Below are positions 20,365 to 31,724 of a DNA stretch of 64,000 nucleotides, one piece after another (positions within the stretch are counted from its first letter, which is position 1; the number at the start of each line of letters is the position of its first letter). A program made the translations under genes and the position numbers. Where the stretch lies: positions 512,001 to 576,000 of the forward strand of contig OY761159.2 of the NCBI GenBank assembly GCA_963664395.2, read 5' to 3'. Origin of the DNA: Candidatus Binatia bacterium. GTDB lineage: Bacteria > Desulfobacterota > Binatia > Bin18. The notes under the pieces were generated by a model that did no database searches, had not been told where the DNA came from, and saw nothing but the letters and a program-made list of their open reading frames with translations.

Positions 20365-20458
20365 GTCCGCACCTCGGGAGCTTGTGTGTTGAGAAGGTTT
20401 TGTTCGTATGGCATACAGCCTGGCCTACCAATGCTACAACCGCGTTTTCCTGTCGATA

Positions 20459-20551
20459 TCAGAATATATTCCCCCTCTCCAGACTGTTACAAAATTCAGC
20501 CGTGGGGAGAATACGGATGCCGTCGTCGGTCCGACGGCTCTTGGACTCCAG
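20459..20551 (-). pseudogene. 3' remnant resembling a DUF4143/AAA ATPase C-terminus
   Basis: Translates LESKSRRTDDGIRILPTAEFCNSLERGNIF*. Confidence 0.45.
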
Positions 20552-20650
20552 CCGCTCTCCAATTAACACCCCGCAATCATTCCATCAGAAATTATGTTAA
20601 AGTAAGTTTCTGGAGACTGAGGACCGAAAGGCGAACAGCAGCACACAAGG

Positions 20651-21430
20651 ATGAATTATTCCAATCTCATTACCCCGAATCGATTTGATGCCATTCTGTT
20701 TGATCTGGACGGCGTGCTGACGGCCACAGAAAAAATCCATGCCGCCTGCTGGAAGCAGATGTTTGACCGCTTTCTAAGCCAGTACGCAGCAGCACACAAC
20801 CTGTCCTTCCAGCCTTTCGACATCCAGACTGATTACAATTTGCATGTGGACGGGAAAGCTCTGTTCGACGGCGTGCGGAACTTTCTCGAATCGCGCCATA
20901 TTGATCTGCCGGCAGGAAGCCCGGCAGCGCCGCCCGATTGGGAAACGATTCACGGCTTAGGCAACCGAAAAAACACAATGGTGAATCAGGTCATTGCCTC
21001 GGACGGCGTCCATGCCTTCCCTGGGAGTACGGCCTTTGCCCTCCATGTCCGGCGCATCGGACTGAAAACCGCCGTCGTCACCCCCAGCGCGAACTGTACA
21101 CTCGTGCTCAGATCAGCCGGGATTACGGACCTGTTTGACCTCCGTGTTGATAGAGATGTGGCTGCCCAGGAAAATCTCGCCGGCAAACCCGCACCGGACA
21201 TGTTTCTGGCAGCAGCCCGGAAGCTCAACGTTCTGCCTGCCCGGGCAGTGGTGATTGAAGACGCCATCTCAGGCGTGCAGTCAGGCCGCGCCGGAAATTT
21301 CGGTCTGGTGATTGGTGTTGATCGCCGCGGACATGGCGACCTGCTCAAAGCCAACGGGGCCGACATCGTGGTGAAAGACGTGGGCGACCTGCTCAGTCCT
21401 GCGGCGCACAGCTCACGCCCGGACTCCTGA
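20651..21430 (+). CDS. HAD hydrolase, beta-phosphoglucomutase family
   Basis: FDLDGVLT, GKPAPDMF, IEDAISG. Confidence 0.9.
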   Translation: MNYSNLITPNRFDAILFDLDGVLTATEKIHAACWKQMFDRFLSQYAAAHNLSFQPFDIQTDYNLHVDGKALFDGVRNFLESRHIDLPAGSPAAPPDWETIHGLGNRKNTMVNQVIASDGVHAFPGSTAFALHVRRIGLKTAVVTPSANCTLVLRSAGITDLFDLRVDRDVAAQENLAGKPAPDMFLAAARKLNVLPARAVVIEDAISGVQSGRAGNFGLVIGVDRRGHGDLLKANGADIVVKDVGDLLSPAAHSSRPDS

Positions 21431-22581
21431 AGCGGCACGGTCGGGGCAGCCCTGGGCATCGCGTGGAGTGACCTTCCAGCCCGCCTTCTCTCGCTCCAGG
21501 GTCACATAGCCAAAACCTGTCAGCATTTCTGCGTGTGAGACCGCTCGGTCGGCTATGTCGAGTCCGACCAGTTCGGTGGCAAGTGGAGGGTCGAGTAACG
21601 CTCCACCATTCCCAACCACGAACTGATGCGGCTTTCCCTGCGCAAAGGCCAGGAACTCAAGCGTATGGATATGGCCGGATAGGACTAATTCGATGCCTTG
21701 TGGAAATCGCTGTTGGACAGCAGCCAAGCCGGGTTGTGGCCGGGATTTGAGATTTGCTCCGCCAAGGCCGCAAACTGATGCGCGAAGTGGGCGACCGTCT
21801 CAGGAGCGGACCTAATGTCGTGCGCCGTCGTTGTATCCAGAACAAACACATCTCGATCTCCGATTGGCACGACATACGGCTCAGTCTCGTCGGTACATTC
21901 CTGGGGTAACGGTCTGGGGTCAAGCAGACGAAACCAGGCATTGCCCGTCCGCTGACACGCCTCATGATTGTCCCGGACAAATATCCACGGAGCCGCGCTG
22001 AGTAATAGTTCGGCCGGCGCGAAGAAGTCGGCCTCGGCGGCCGCCCAGGTGTCTCCCCACGGACTGCCGGCACAAGCAGGGTTGCCGGTCGGGCAGGGCG
22101 AGTCACGATAAAAGTAATCACCCACATGAATCACCAAGTCCGACTGCCAGGCCGCGGCGCTGCGGGCGATACGCGCAAAGGGCCAAGCATTCGGATCATG
22201 ACAGGCTTGGACAAGCGTGTTTTTCATTCGACATCCGGTGTCGCCCAGGACGACAATCTTTTCCGGGGGACGCGATAAAAGAGGCAGTTGGCGTCCGTCA
22301 ACAGTGACGCTGACAGCATCGGGCGGCAACGCAGCCTCGCAGATAAGGATCGGAAAATCCGGTCGGGATGGGCGCGCACGTATGCGGAAAGGGAAGCGCT
22401 CGGCATTGACCTGTAGTGCCGGACAGGCCGCCGCGGTTGACACCACGCGCACGATCGCCCGACCGTCAGGCCCGAGTGCTGTCCACGCCAGGGGAAGCGC
22501 GCCTCGCGCTGAGACACAAGAAAGATGCAGCACCCAGGCGACAAGGAGAATGCGCCGTAAGCAAGACATTAAGCAAGACAT
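21413..22581 (-). pseudogene. Secreted metallophosphoesterase broken by an internal deletion/frameshift near 21720
   Basis: GDTGCR, HVGDY, RDNHE in ORF1; SGHIH, VGNGG in a different frame; the expected His motif between them is missing. Confidence 0.75.
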
Positions 22582-22593
22582 ACGGTTCCGGAC

Positions 22594-25590
22594 TCATTCC
22601 CGTGAGGCCGGGGTAATTGTCAATTCAAGCCGCTGCCCGTTTCGCATGACGGTGATGCCAACCGGCTCATCAACTTTGAGACTCCCCAGGACATAGGTGT
22701 AGTCATAGATATTCTCAACCGCTTTACCCGCCAGCTCAAGCACCACGTCTCCACCCCGAACACCGGCGAGGTCAGCCGGGCCACCTGTCGCCACCCCTGA
22801 AAGCTGTACCCCAGTGATGTTGCCCTGGGCATAGTCCGGAATCGTACCCAGATAGGAACGCAGGCGGACACGCCCCACAGGACTCTGCGGCTTTTCGATT
22901 GCGATATAGTCCGGTGCCGTGTGGCTACGAGCCAACGCACGAGTCAATCCGGTCATCAGCCGGGTAATTTTTGTGAGGCCGGTATAGTTGAGCTTCTCTA
23001 CCGTATCGCGTGGCGAGTGATATTCCGCATGCCCGCCGGTAAAAGCGTTCAGGATCGGAACACCTTTGAGATAGAATGAGGTCGCATCGGTGGGCAGATA
23101 GCTGTCATTCTGAAGCGTAATCGGAAGACCGACAGAAACATTTTGTTGTTCAATCTTTTCCGGCCATTCTGAGCTTGAGCCAACCCCTTGCAGAACGAGG
23201 GCAGTATCAAGTCGGCCCACCATGTCCATATTGAGATAGGCAGCAATAGCAGGGGAGAGCGTCTCCGGTTCTGTCTGTCCAAAGGTCTTGGTGAAGTGGC
23301 TTGACCCCAGGAGACCCAGCTCTTCACCCGACCACAAGGCAAACAGGACATCGCGCTTCAGAGCCAGCTCGCCTTTGGCGTGTTGCATGGCGAGCGTTTT
23401 GGCAATGCCCAGGACGGCGGCCACCCCGGAGGCGTTGTCGTCTGCTCCGAAATGGATATCGCCCTTTTCATCCTCGCGTGCCAGCGACCCATTCCCCAAA
23501 CCAGTGCCCAGATGATCGATATGCGCCCCGACAACGACCATGCCGGTGGACTGCTCGGCGGCGCGTAAACGCGCCAATACATTCCGGCCCTGCCGTTGCT
23601 CGTGTTGAATATCGATCGTCGCTCCGAGCGTCAGGCCGTCCAGGCTGAAGCCGGATATGAGCTGGCCGGTATCTAATGTATCCTGGAGTTCTTTCAGCGA
23701 CCTGCCCGCCTGCCGGAGCCAGGCTTCAGCCAGCGCGTCAGTCACTGACACCGCCCCAACGCTGCTGCCTGCCAGTGAGGCGTCAAAGACGAGTGGGACT
23801 AATTGCTCCTTGACTGTGGTATTCGGCCCACTCGCAATGATCAGTCCGCGTGCCCCCCGGTCTCGGGCAACCATGGCTTTGTAGCGCAGGCTGGCGTAGC
23901 GGTTGAGATGCTGTCGATACGGTGCGGCAATGTTTTCGGGCAGATAGCGCAACACCAGGACCCATTTGTCTTGCACATCCAGATGGGCGTAGGAATCGTA
24001 TTCCGGGTGCTCGTCGGCGGCCGGGGCGACAATGCCGTACCCGGCAAAGACTACGCCGGCGGACTCAAAATCGCCCACCTGCGAGAAGGTCAACGGCCGC
24101 CAGTCCGTATCAATTGCATACTCGGCATACGCCATGCCCTTCTCTGACGGCGACTCGGGCTGTTGTTTCAACACATTCTTCGGACCAAGGGAGACGCCGG
24201 CGGTAAACTCAAAAGACTGAAAAAACATCCCATTGTCGCCCGCGGGTTCGAGCCCGCTGTCTTTCAGCATCGCGGCGACATACTCCGTTGCCAGCCTTTC
24301 GCCGTCCGTTCCCGTGAGCCGCCCGGCCATACGTTCGGAGGCAAGGTCGGCCACGACCTGGCGCAATTCACACGTTCGCGTCTCGTGCGTTCGAAGGGAT
24401 GCCGCGTCAGTGGAGGCGAGCCCCAACAGGCAGCGGGCCGCGCCGTCATCCCAGTCGGCAAAAAAGAGCTGCGCTTTTTTGTCCGCGGTCCGGCTACTGG
24501 TCCACGCCAACTGCTTTCCGTCCGGAGCGAACACCGGCAGGCCGTCAAAGCCGGGGGTATAGGTGACCCGCACCGGTTCGGAGCGCCCGTCCGTGTCCAC
24601 AATATACAACTCGAAGTTCCCAAAACCGTGCAGGTTGGTCGTAAAGATCAGATAGTCACCGGACGGGTGAAAATACGGCGCCCAGGACATAGCACCCAGA
24701 CTCGTGACCTGCTTTTTATCCGTGCCATCGATACGCATGGTCCAGACTTCGGCTTGGGTGCCCTCGGGGGAGAATCGACGCCAGACCAGACGTTTGCCGT
24801 CCGGACTGAAAAACGGACCCCCGTCATAGCCCAGCGAGGTCGTCAGCCGACGCACGCCCGAGCCCTCCGCCCACATGATGTAGATGTCCATCTGCGACGA
24901 CGGGTCTTTCCGAAAGTGCTCTTTCTCCTCGTCTGACAGTCTTTCCGTATACGCGTGACGATTCGACGCAAAGGCAATGAGTTGGCCGTTTGGAGACCAG
25001 GACCCCTCGGCATCGTAGCCCTTGGCACTGGTCAGCTTGCGCGGGTTGTGTCCCACGTCCTGTCTATTGAGAGTTACTTCAAAGAGGTCGTACTGCTCAT
25101 CAAAATCCCATTCGTAACGCCGCTGGGTGCCCGCCTGCCGTTCCTCCAGTTCTGCCTGCTGCTTCTTTTCGGCGGCCGGGTCTTCATGCGTTGAGGCAAA
25201 CAGGACTTTGTCTTGTGAAGGATGAAACCAGGCACACGTCGTCTTTCCGACTCCGGGCGAGACCCGCTGGGTCTGCCCGGTGAGGCGATGCATGACATAA
25301 ATCTGAAAAAATGGATTGTCGGGCTCACGTTCACTCTGAAAGATGAGCTGCGAGCCATCCGGGCTGAAATAGCCCTCACCGGCGCGCTTGCCGGCGAAGG
25401 TCAGTTGTCGGGTATTGCGCACGAGCTGGGCTTCGTGCCAGGTGTCCGGAGTGGAAGATTGCGCGGCGGTCACACCGGAAGTCGCATGTGGATGTTGGTT
25501 GTCTTGCCGAGTCGGGTCGGCGTGGGCCGGGCCGGCGGAAAAGGCAAGACCCACACCAAAGACGGCGCAGAGAAGGGCAGTACACTTCAT
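22594..25590 (-). CDS. M28 peptidase with TolB-like PD40 repeats, PA and PDZ domains
   Basis: Signal peptide; GEGYFSPDG-type repeats; GAHIDHLG, GADDNASG, SGEELGLLGS, NMDMVG; C-terminal PDZ. Confidence 0.92.
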   Translation of the reverse strand: MKCTALLCAVFGVGLAFSAGPAHADPTRQDNQHPHATSGVTAAQSSTPDTWHEAQLVRNTRQLTFAGKRAGEGYFSPDGSQLIFQSEREPDNPFFQIYVMHRLTGQTQRVSPGVGKTTCAWFHPSQDKVLFASTHEDPAAEKKQQAELEERQAGTQRRYEWDFDEQYDLFEVTLNRQDVGHNPRKLTSAKGYDAEGSWSPNGQLIAFASNRHAYTERLSDEEKEHFRKDPSSQMDIYIMWAEGSGVRRLTTSLGYDGGPFFSPDGKRLVWRRFSPEGTQAEVWTMRIDGTDKKQVTSLGAMSWAPYFHPSGDYLIFTTNLHGFGNFELYIVDTDGRSEPVRVTYTPGFDGLPVFAPDGKQLAWTSSRTADKKAQLFFADWDDGAARCLLGLASTDAASLRTHETRTCELRQVVADLASERMAGRLTGTDGERLATEYVAAMLKDSGLEPAGDNGMFFQSFEFTAGVSLGPKNVLKQQPESPSEKGMAYAEYAIDTDWRPLTFSQVGDFESAGVVFAGYGIVAPAADEHPEYDSYAHLDVQDKWVLVLRYLPENIAAPYRQHLNRYASLRYKAMVARDRGARGLIIASGPNTTVKEQLVPLVFDASLAGSSVGAVSVTDALAEAWLRQAGRSLKELQDTLDTGQLISGFSLDGLTLGATIDIQHEQRQGRNVLARLRAAEQSTGMVVVGAHIDHLGTGLGNGSLAREDEKGDIHFGADDNASGVAAVLGIAKTLAMQHAKGELALKRDVLFALWSGEELGLLGSSHFTKTFGQTEPETLSPAIAAYLNMDMVGRLDTALVLQGVGSSSEWPEKIEQQNVSVGLPITLQNDSYLPTDATSFYLKGVPILNAFTGGHAEYHSPRDTVEKLNYTGLTKITRLMTGLTRALARSHTAPDYIAIEKPQSPVGRVRLRSYLGTIPDYAQGNITGVQLSGVATGGPADLAGVRGGDVVLELAGKAVENIYDYTYVLGSLKVDEPVGITVMRNGQRLELTITPASRE

Positions 25591-25695
25591 GGCTGGGAAT
25601 CATACGTGAGGAGGGGTCAGCAGGCCACGGGGATGTTATCCTTCTTCGCGGCGCAGTTCACGAGCGCTCCGTGAGCGCACTCCGCGCCCGGAATG

Positions 25696-25830
25696 TCAGA
25701 CATTGCTGAGCGGTTGGACGCACGCACGAAGCGTTTCAACAAGCTCGGCCTCAGCACGCGTCTCAAAGGCCGCGGCATTGATTTGATAGACGGCCGCCCG
25801 GTCGTTCTCTTTTTCGGCCCGAATGCGCAT
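25696..25830 (-). pseudogene. GNAT (YhbS-like) acetyltransferase 5' fragment
   Basis: MRIRAEKENDRAAVYQINAAAFETRAEAELVETLR then early stop. Confidence 0.65.
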
Positions 25831-25913
25831 AGATCATGTGTCCGTCAGCATGCACACGGTCCTTCATATACAAAACATTGACCGAACCCGCGCCGAAGCG
25901 ATACAAACACGAT

Positions 25914-26153
25914 ATGCAGAAATGGGTTGTCGTCTATTCCACTCCCACCTGAGGTCCGTGCACACTGGCGAAGGAGTTTCTTTCGCAGGCAGGCATAGCA
26001 TTCACCGCCTATGATGTCAGTACTGACGCGGCGGCCCAGGAGCGTCTCCGGCAACTCCCCGGCCGGGTCTCTCTACCGGTGATTAGCGTCGATGATACCG
26101 TCATTATCGGCTTTCAGAAGGCCAGGCTCCGGGAGCTGTTGGAAATTGCCTGA
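25914..26153 (+). CDS. Glutaredoxin/NrdH-like selenoprotein (UxxC), not in ORF track
   Basis: MQKWVVVYSTPT-TGA(25950)-GPCTLAKEFL...SLPVISVDDTVIIGFQKARLRELL*; UGA sits at the first Cys of CxxC; downstream hairpin. Confidence 0.85.
25968..25986 (+). promoter_or_regulatory. Putative SECIS hairpin (glutaredoxin)
   Basis: GCGAAGGA-GTT-TCTTTCGC; loop G lies 23 nt after UGA. Confidence 0.6.
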
Positions 26154-26182
26154 AGATGTGGGAGGAGTAAGGAGGTCACACT

Positions 26183-26401
26183 ATGCGGGATACCGAAGAG
26201 TATGAGGGCTTTTACATTGAGCCGCGCTCGAAACAACTCGATAGCGGCGAGTGGAAACCGGTAGCCCGGGTCTTTCGATTAATCGATGGAGTGGTTGATG
26301 AATTTTATCCGCTCCGGGAAACCGAGCAAACTTTTGCCAGCGAGGAAGAAGCCGACGGGTATGCCCTTCGGACCGGTAAAGAGTGGGTGGACCGTAATTA
26401 G
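26183..26401 (+). CDS. Small hypothetical protein
   Basis: Strong AAGGAGG RBS; 72-aa ORF. Confidence 0.7.
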   Translation: MRDTEEYEGFYIEPRSKQLDSGEWKPVARVFRLIDGVVDEFYPLRETEQTFASEEEADGYALRTGKEWVDRN

Positions 26402-26510
26402 CTCGATTGGGGAGGTCGTGGGAGACGGCCGGCTGAGTCAGGGCAGATTGCAGTAACACAGGTATTATTAACCCCTAACCAATTAACCCCTAACCAACAA
26501 AGGAGGCAGT

Positions 26511-26813
26511 ATGGCGTATGTATTTGCACACATCAAACTTCGGGCGGGCAAGGTCCAGAAATTCACCGAAATGCTCAGCTCGCTGGCACCGCTGGTGGAA
26601 AAACACGGCGGCTGGAAGCTCCACGGGAGTTATTTCAACGTCATCGGTCGTTTGAACACCGTGGTTGACGTGTGGGAGGTGCCGGATGCCAACTCGGTCC
26701 AGACCACCCTGGAAATCGCGTCTCAGGACTCCGAATTCCAGAAATGGGTGCCCGTGATTGAAGAATGTATTGAAGATGAAACCTTGCAGGTGATGTCGAA
26801 ATTGCCGGTATAA
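26511..26813 (+). CDS. NIPSNAP family protein
   Basis: GWKLHGSYFNVIGRLNTVVDVW; AAGGAGG RBS. Confidence 0.8.
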   Translation: MAYVFAHIKLRAGKVQKFTEMLSSLAPLVEKHGGWKLHGSYFNVIGRLNTVVDVWEVPDANSVQTTLEIASQDSEFQKWVPVIEECIEDETLQVMSKLPV

Positions 26814-26879
26814 GCTTTGGAAGGGGTTAGGTAAGAATCGAGGAGGGCTGCGCTCCTAGTTTTGCTGAATACCCCTTAT

Positions 26880-26957
26880 CCCTTCGACAAGCCTGTCTTG
26901 AGCGCAGTTGAAAGGCCCAGGGCAGGCTCTGTCCCTCTCCCCTGGTGGGAGAGGGGG
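26880..26957. repeat. Two REP-like palindromic elements
   Basis: CCCTTCGACAAG...CAGGGC type, and CCCTCTCCC..GGGAGAGGG hairpin. Confidence 0.6.
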
Positions 26958-26982
26958 TCTGTACGGTAGGGTGGACGAGTGA

Positions 26983-28380
26983 CTAAATCTTCGGGCCGGT
27001 CATTTCCTCTGGCCGCACCCACTCTTCATATTGTTCAGCGGTTACGTGGCCAAGCGCCAAGGCTGCTTCCCGCAGATTCGTCCCGTCTTTGTGTGCCTTC
27101 TTGGCAATCTCGGCTGCCTTCTCATACCCGATATGCGGGTTGAGCGCCGTCACTGTCATCAAAGAGCGCCCCAGGTGCTCCTCAATCGTTGGCAGGTTGG
27201 GCTCGATACCGACCGCGCAGTGGTCGTTGAAGGCGCCACACGCGTCAGCGATGAGCTGAATGGACTCGAGGAGATTGTGGACCATCACTGGCTTAAAGAC
27301 ATTCAGCTGAAAGTTGCCCTGTGAACCAGCAAAGGCAACGGCCGCGTCGTTACCGAACACCTGCACGGCCACCATCGTTATTGCTTCCGGCTGCGTCGGG
27401 TTGACTTTGCCCGGCATGATGGAGGAACCTGGTTCGTTCTCCGGAATCAGTATCTCTCCAATCCCTGCCCGCGGTCCACACGCCAGCCAGCGCACATCAT
27501 TCGCGATCTTCATCAATGCCCCTGCCAGGGTCCGCAGCGATGCACTGGCTGTGACCATAGCGTCATGAGCGGACAAGGAGGCAAATTTATTCGGCGCCGA
27601 AATGAATGGCCGTCCAGTCTCCGCCGCCATCTTGGCTGCGGCCAAGTCGCCAAACTTGGGATGTGCGTTTAAGCCGGTGCCGACCGCCGTTCCGCCAATT
27701 GCCAACTCACACAGCCCAGGAATCGTCCGCCGCACTCCGTCGAGGGCTGCATCCAGCTGAGCGGCCCAGCCGCCAATCTCCTGTCCAAGCGTAATCGGCG
27801 TGGCATCTTGCAAATGCGTGCGGCCAACCTTCACCACGTTTTTAAATTGCTCAGACTTGGCATGCAGCGTGTTGCGTAATTGGCTGACGGCAGGAATAAG
27901 GACGTCTTCGAGTTGCTCAACCGTAGCGATGTGCATGGCCGTTGGAAACGTATCATTTGAACTCTGCCCGCGGTTCACATCGTCATTGGGGTGGATCGGC
28001 TTCTTTGACCCCATCTCGCCACCCGCCAGTTCGATGGCCCGATTCGAGATCACCTCGTTCGCATTCATATTGGTCTGAGTACCCGAGCCAGTCTGAAAGA
28101 CAACCAGGGGGAAGTGATCATCCAGAGCACCAGAGATCACTTCGTCCGCCGCCCGAACGATCAAGTCTACCTTCTCCTGGGGGAGTTGTCCCAATTCACC
28201 ATTGGCTAAAGCCGCACCCTTTTTGAGCACACCGAGGGCGCGGAGGATAGGCCGAGTGAAACGGAAACGCTCAACGCCGATAGGGAAGTTTGTCCGCGAG
28301 CGCTGGGTCTGTGCACCCCAGTATCGGTCGGCAGAGACTTCGACTGCTCCCATGCTATCCGTTTCGATTCTCGTTTTCAT
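26983..28380 (-). CDS. fumC: Fumarate hydratase class II
   Basis: [34 protein letters not shown] signature. Confidence 0.97.
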   Translation of the reverse strand: MKTRIETDSMGAVEVSADRYWGAQTQRSRTNFPIGVERFRFTRPILRALGVLKKGAALANGELGQLPQEKVDLIVRAADEVISGALDDHFPLVVFQTGSGTQTNMNANEVISNRAIELAGGEMGSKKPIHPNDDVNRGQSSNDTFPTAMHIATVEQLEDVLIPAVSQLRNTLHAKSEQFKNVVKVGRTHLQDATPITLGQEIGGWAAQLDAALDGVRRTIPGLCELAIGGTAVGTGLNAHPKFGDLAAAKMAAETGRPFISAPNKFASLSAHDAMVTASASLRTLAGALMKIANDVRWLACGPRAGIGEILIPENEPGSSIMPGKVNPTQPEAITMVAVQVFGNDAAVAFAGSQGNFQLNVFKPVMVHNLLESIQLIADACGAFNDHCAVGIEPNLPTIEEHLGRSLMTVTALNPHIGYEKAAEIAKKAHKDGTNLREAALALGHVTAEQYEEWVRPEEMTGPKI

Positions 28381-28394
28381 ACACAGCCCTTCGC

Positions 28395-28742
28395 TTAAAT
28401 CGCCACGAGGACAAAGACAGTCGCCACCGTGCCAATAACAGCCGCCCCATAGCATATAACCGCGATAGGCGTCTGATACCCTCTCCAACCCGTATCATAC
28501 AGAGTATGCCGGATGCGGTGAAAACAGTGGAAGAAAGGCAAAGAGAGCAGGACGAACAGGTAGAGCTTGGTGAGCGGATGGGAGACCAAAGCGTGCATCC
28601 GATGTCCAAACGCCTCCGCTGACACCCAGCCAAGAGGAACCGCTATCCCAGTCAGCACGACATGAATCGGCACCAGGAGGGCGACGACCATCCCCCCAGC
28701 CGAAAAGAGAGACCACCAAAAGGCTTCAGCTGACTTGGCCAT
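28395..28742 (-). CDS. frdD: Fumarate reductase membrane anchor D
   Basis: [12 protein letters not shown], three TM helices, FHCFHRIRH. Confidence 0.85.
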   Translation of the reverse strand: MAKSAEAFWWSLFSAGGMVVALLVPIHVVLTGIAVPLGWVSAEAFGHRMHALVSHPLTKLYLFVLLSLPFFHCFHRIRHTLYDTGWRGYQTPIAVICYGAAVIGTVATVFVLVAI

Positions 28743-28746
28743 GTCT

Positions 28747-29136
28747 TCAGCTCCCCACGACGATCCACACGATGACAACCGAGACAGCCAGCCACGCAAC
28801 ATAGTGGGAGCCGGCGATAAAGATTGGCGCGACCTGCTCTTCTCCCCGCCGCACGATGATGACTTGTGGGGTCAGGTTGAACCAGGTGATGCTGTGGTAG
28901 AGCGCAGCAATCAGCACCAGCAGATGGAAGACAATCCACCCTGGTGACGCCAGCCGCTCGACAAATGCCGTATAGGCCTCAGCCCCCTGCGCAAGCTGGG
29001 CAAGCTGGATGAGGTATACGACTAAAAAGGCAGCAATCAACACGCTGGTCAGCTCGCGCAGCATGAAGAGCACATAATTGCGCTTGCTCAGCCACCACGT
29101 CGTAGAGGATATCGGGCGTCGGTACGGTTCACTCAT
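28747..29136 (-). CDS. frdC: Fumarate reductase membrane anchor C
   Basis: WWL...[22 protein letters not shown]. Confidence 0.88.
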   Translation of the reverse strand: MSEPYRRPISSTTWWLSKRNYVLFMLRELTSVLIAAFLVVYLIQLAQLAQGAEAYTAFVERLASPGWIVFHLLVLIAALYHSITWFNLTPQVIIVRRGEEQVAPIFIAGSHYVAWLAVSVVIVWIVVGS

Positions 29137-29879
29137 TGCGATCCTCTCGGCATGAGCACAGACTTGAACCAGTCAATCGCTCCTGAGACCTTGGCCTGCT
29201 GGATCGCACCGGCTGGGTCCACGTCCTTGGGGCAGACTACAGAACACTCACTCACAAAGGTGCATTGCCACACCCCTTCATGCTGTGAGATCACCTCTCG
29301 CCTCGCATCCTGGCCCTGATCACGCGAGTCGAGGTTGTAGCGCTGGGCCAGGGCAATCGCCGCCGGGCCAATAAAGGAGGGGTCCAGCCCATACACGGGG
29401 CAGGCGGCGTAGCACAGCATGCAGTTGATACACATGCTGAACTGTTTATAGGTGGCGAGTTCGGCGGGGCTCTGCAAATATTCACCCTCAGAAACTGGTT
29501 TCTCTTGGTCGCGGATGATCCACGGCTGGACATCTTTGAGCTTGGCCATGAAGTCATCCATGTTAATGACTAGGTCACGCTCGACCGGAAAATTCGCCAG
29601 CGGTTCGACACGGATTGGTGCCGGGTAGTAGTCTCTGAGGAAGGCCGCGCAGCTGAGCTTCGGCTCGCCATTAATCATCATGCCACAGCTGCCGCACACG
29701 CCCATACGGCAAGACCAGCGGTAGGATAAACTGCCGTCCACCTCATCCTTAAGATAGTTGAGCGCATCCAGGACAACCCAATCCTCGCGGTACGGCGCAG
29801 TATAGGTCTGGAAGGTCGGTTCTTGCTCGATCTCTGGCCGGTACCGGAAAACCTCGAGCGTGATGCTGGGCTCAGCCAT
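29133..29879 (-). CDS. frdB: Fumarate reductase Fe-S subunit
   Basis: [35 protein letters not shown]. Confidence 0.92.
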   Translation of the reverse strand: MAEPSITLEVFRYRPEIEQEPTFQTYTAPYREDWVVLDALNYLKDEVDGSLSYRWSCRMGVCGSCGMMINGEPKLSCAAFLRDYYPAPIRVEPLANFPVERDLVINMDDFMAKLKDVQPWIIRDQEKPVSEGEYLQSPAELATYKQFSMCINCMLCYAACPVYGLDPSFIGPAAIALAQRYNLDSRDQGQDARREVISQHEGVWQCTFVSECSVVCPKDVDPAGAIQQAKVSGAIDWFKSVLMPRGSQ

Positions 29880-29881
29880 GA

Positions 29882-31636
29882 CTAATCTCCATACTTTCGT
29901 TCAGCAGGGGGCCAGCGGGTGATCACGACATCCAGATACTCGATGCGTGGCGGGCCATCTGTGCGGTGCGCCAAGGAGTGGGCCAGGAACTTGTCGTCAT
30001 CACGCTTGGGGTAATCAGTGCGCTGATGAGAGCCGCGCGACTCTGTCCGTGCTAAAGCAGAATACACAACAGTCTCAGCCACGTCGAGCATGCATTCCAG
30101 CTCCAGCGCTGCGGTCAACTCGGTGTTAAACGTCAAACTGTGATCATCAAGGGTGATATTGGCAAATCGCTCCTTGAGCTCAGACACCTTGTTACACGTC
30201 TCTTTAAGCGACGCCTCCGTGCGATACATGCCAGCCCCTGCCTCCATGGTCGCCGTCATCTCTGTGCGTAGGCTGGCGATACGCTCGGTGCCATCCGTCT
30301 TGTTGATGAACTGCTTCTGGATGCGCGCTTGCTCGTCTTTGGCTTGGGCCTCGAGGGCCGGCGCGTCACACGCTGGCTGTTCTTGCACAAACGTTGCGGC
30401 GGCACGGCCGGCCCGGGCGCCAAACACCAACAGCTCGGTGAGCGAGTTTGAGCCAAGCCGGTTGGCCCCATTGATGCTGACACACGCGCACTCGCCAGCG
30501 GCGAAGAAGCCTGGCAGTGGGGTCGCCGTCTCGATATCTGTATGGATCCCACCCATCATATAGTGCACCACCGGACGGACCGGAATGGGCTCATACACTG
30601 GGTCGATGCCTGCGTAGCTCTTGGACAGCTCGCGTACAAAGGGGATCTTCTTGTCGATCTTTTGCTCCCCTAGATGACGGATGTCGAGATACACCACGTC
30701 ACCGTACGGTCCCGGTATCGTGTTGCCCTTGTCATGCTCTTTGACAAAACACTGCGACAGCTTGTCCCGTGGACCGAGCTCCATCGTCCGTTTCTGCGGA
30801 TGGTTCGGGTCATTCACATCAAGCGGCTTGCCGAGATCGTAGTCCTGCAGGTAGCGGTAGCCGTTCTTATTGACGAGAATTCCCCCCTCGCCACGAGCGG
30901 CCTCGGTGATCAGAATCCCTGTCCCTGGCAAGCCGGTAGGATGGTACTGGACGAACTCCATGTCTTTGAGCGGCACTCCAGCCCGGTAGGCCAAGGCCAT
31001 GCCATCGCCGGTCTTGATGGAGCCGTTGGTCGTAAAGGGAAAGATCCGACCAGCCCCGCCTGTACACATAATAACTGCCTTGGCGAGAACTGGCTGCACC
31101 ATACCACTGCGCAGCTCAACCGCCGTCACTCCCTGGCAGCGACCGTTTTCCACTAGTAGTGTAGTAGCAAAATACTCGTCATAGCGCCTGATGGTGGTGT
31201 ACTTAAGGGACGTTTGGAACAGCGCGTGAAGCAGGTGGAAACCGGTCTTGTCGGCAGCAAACCAGGTCCGCTCGATCCGCATCCCGCCAAACGGGCGTAC
31301 GGCAATACTGCCGTCGGGCTCGCGGCTCCAGGGGCACCCCCAGTGCTCCAATTGGATGAGCTCGGCTGGGGCTTCGTTGACAAAGAGCTCGACCGCATCC
31401 TGGTCCGCCATCCAGTCGGAGCCAGTAATCGTATCGTTAATATGGTCTTCCAGGCTGTCATTCTCTTTAATGACGGCGGCCGTGCCGCCCTCAGCCGCAA
31501 CCGTATGGCTCCGCATCGGGTAGACTTTGGAGACGAGCGCGATGTCAAGCTGAGGGTTGATCTCGGCGGCGGCGATGGCGGCGCGGAGTCCTGCTCCTCC
31601 GCCCCCTATAATGAGTATGTCATGTACTGGTGCCAT
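29882..31636 (-). CDS. frdA: Fumarate reductase flavoprotein subunit
   Basis: [16 protein letters not shown] (covalent FAD His), [16 protein letters not shown]. Confidence 0.93.
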   Translation of the reverse strand: MAPVHDILIIGGGGAGLRAAIAAAEINPQLDIALVSKVYPMRSHTVAAEGGTAAVIKENDSLEDHINDTITGSDWMADQDAVELFVNEAPAELIQLEHWGCPWSREPDGSIAVRPFGGMRIERTWFAADKTGFHLLHALFQTSLKYTTIRRYDEYFATTLLVENGRCQGVTAVELRSGMVQPVLAKAVIMCTGGAGRIFPFTTNGSIKTGDGMALAYRAGVPLKDMEFVQYHPTGLPGTGILITEAARGEGGILVNKNGYRYLQDYDLGKPLDVNDPNHPQKRTMELGPRDKLSQCFVKEHDKGNTIPGPYGDVVYLDIRHLGEQKIDKKIPFVRELSKSYAGIDPVYEPIPVRPVVHYMMGGIHTDIETATPLPGFFAAGECACVSINGANRLGSNSLTELLVFGARAGRAAATFVQEQPACDAPALEAQAKDEQARIQKQFINKTDGTERIASLRTEMTATMEAGAGMYRTEASLKETCNKVSELKERFANITLDDHSLTFNTELTAALELECMLDVAETVVYSALARTESRGSHQRTDYPKRDDDKFLAHSLAHRTDGPPRIEYLDVVITRWPPAERKYGD

Positions 31637-31724
31637 ACTTTCCCTTACGCTTGCTTGTCCTGAGCTTCATCAATACGGAGATGAAAGCACTTCTACTTCG
31701 TCCAGATTATCTATTCTACTGGCA

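Noticed and set aside
20605-20650. Glycine-riboswitch-like words (CTGGAGA...CCGAAAGG)
   Set aside because: Lacks the CTCAGG element and supporting stems; downstream gene unrelated
25693-25881. 62-aa plus-strand ORF
   Set aside because: The opposite strand encodes a recognisable GNAT fragment
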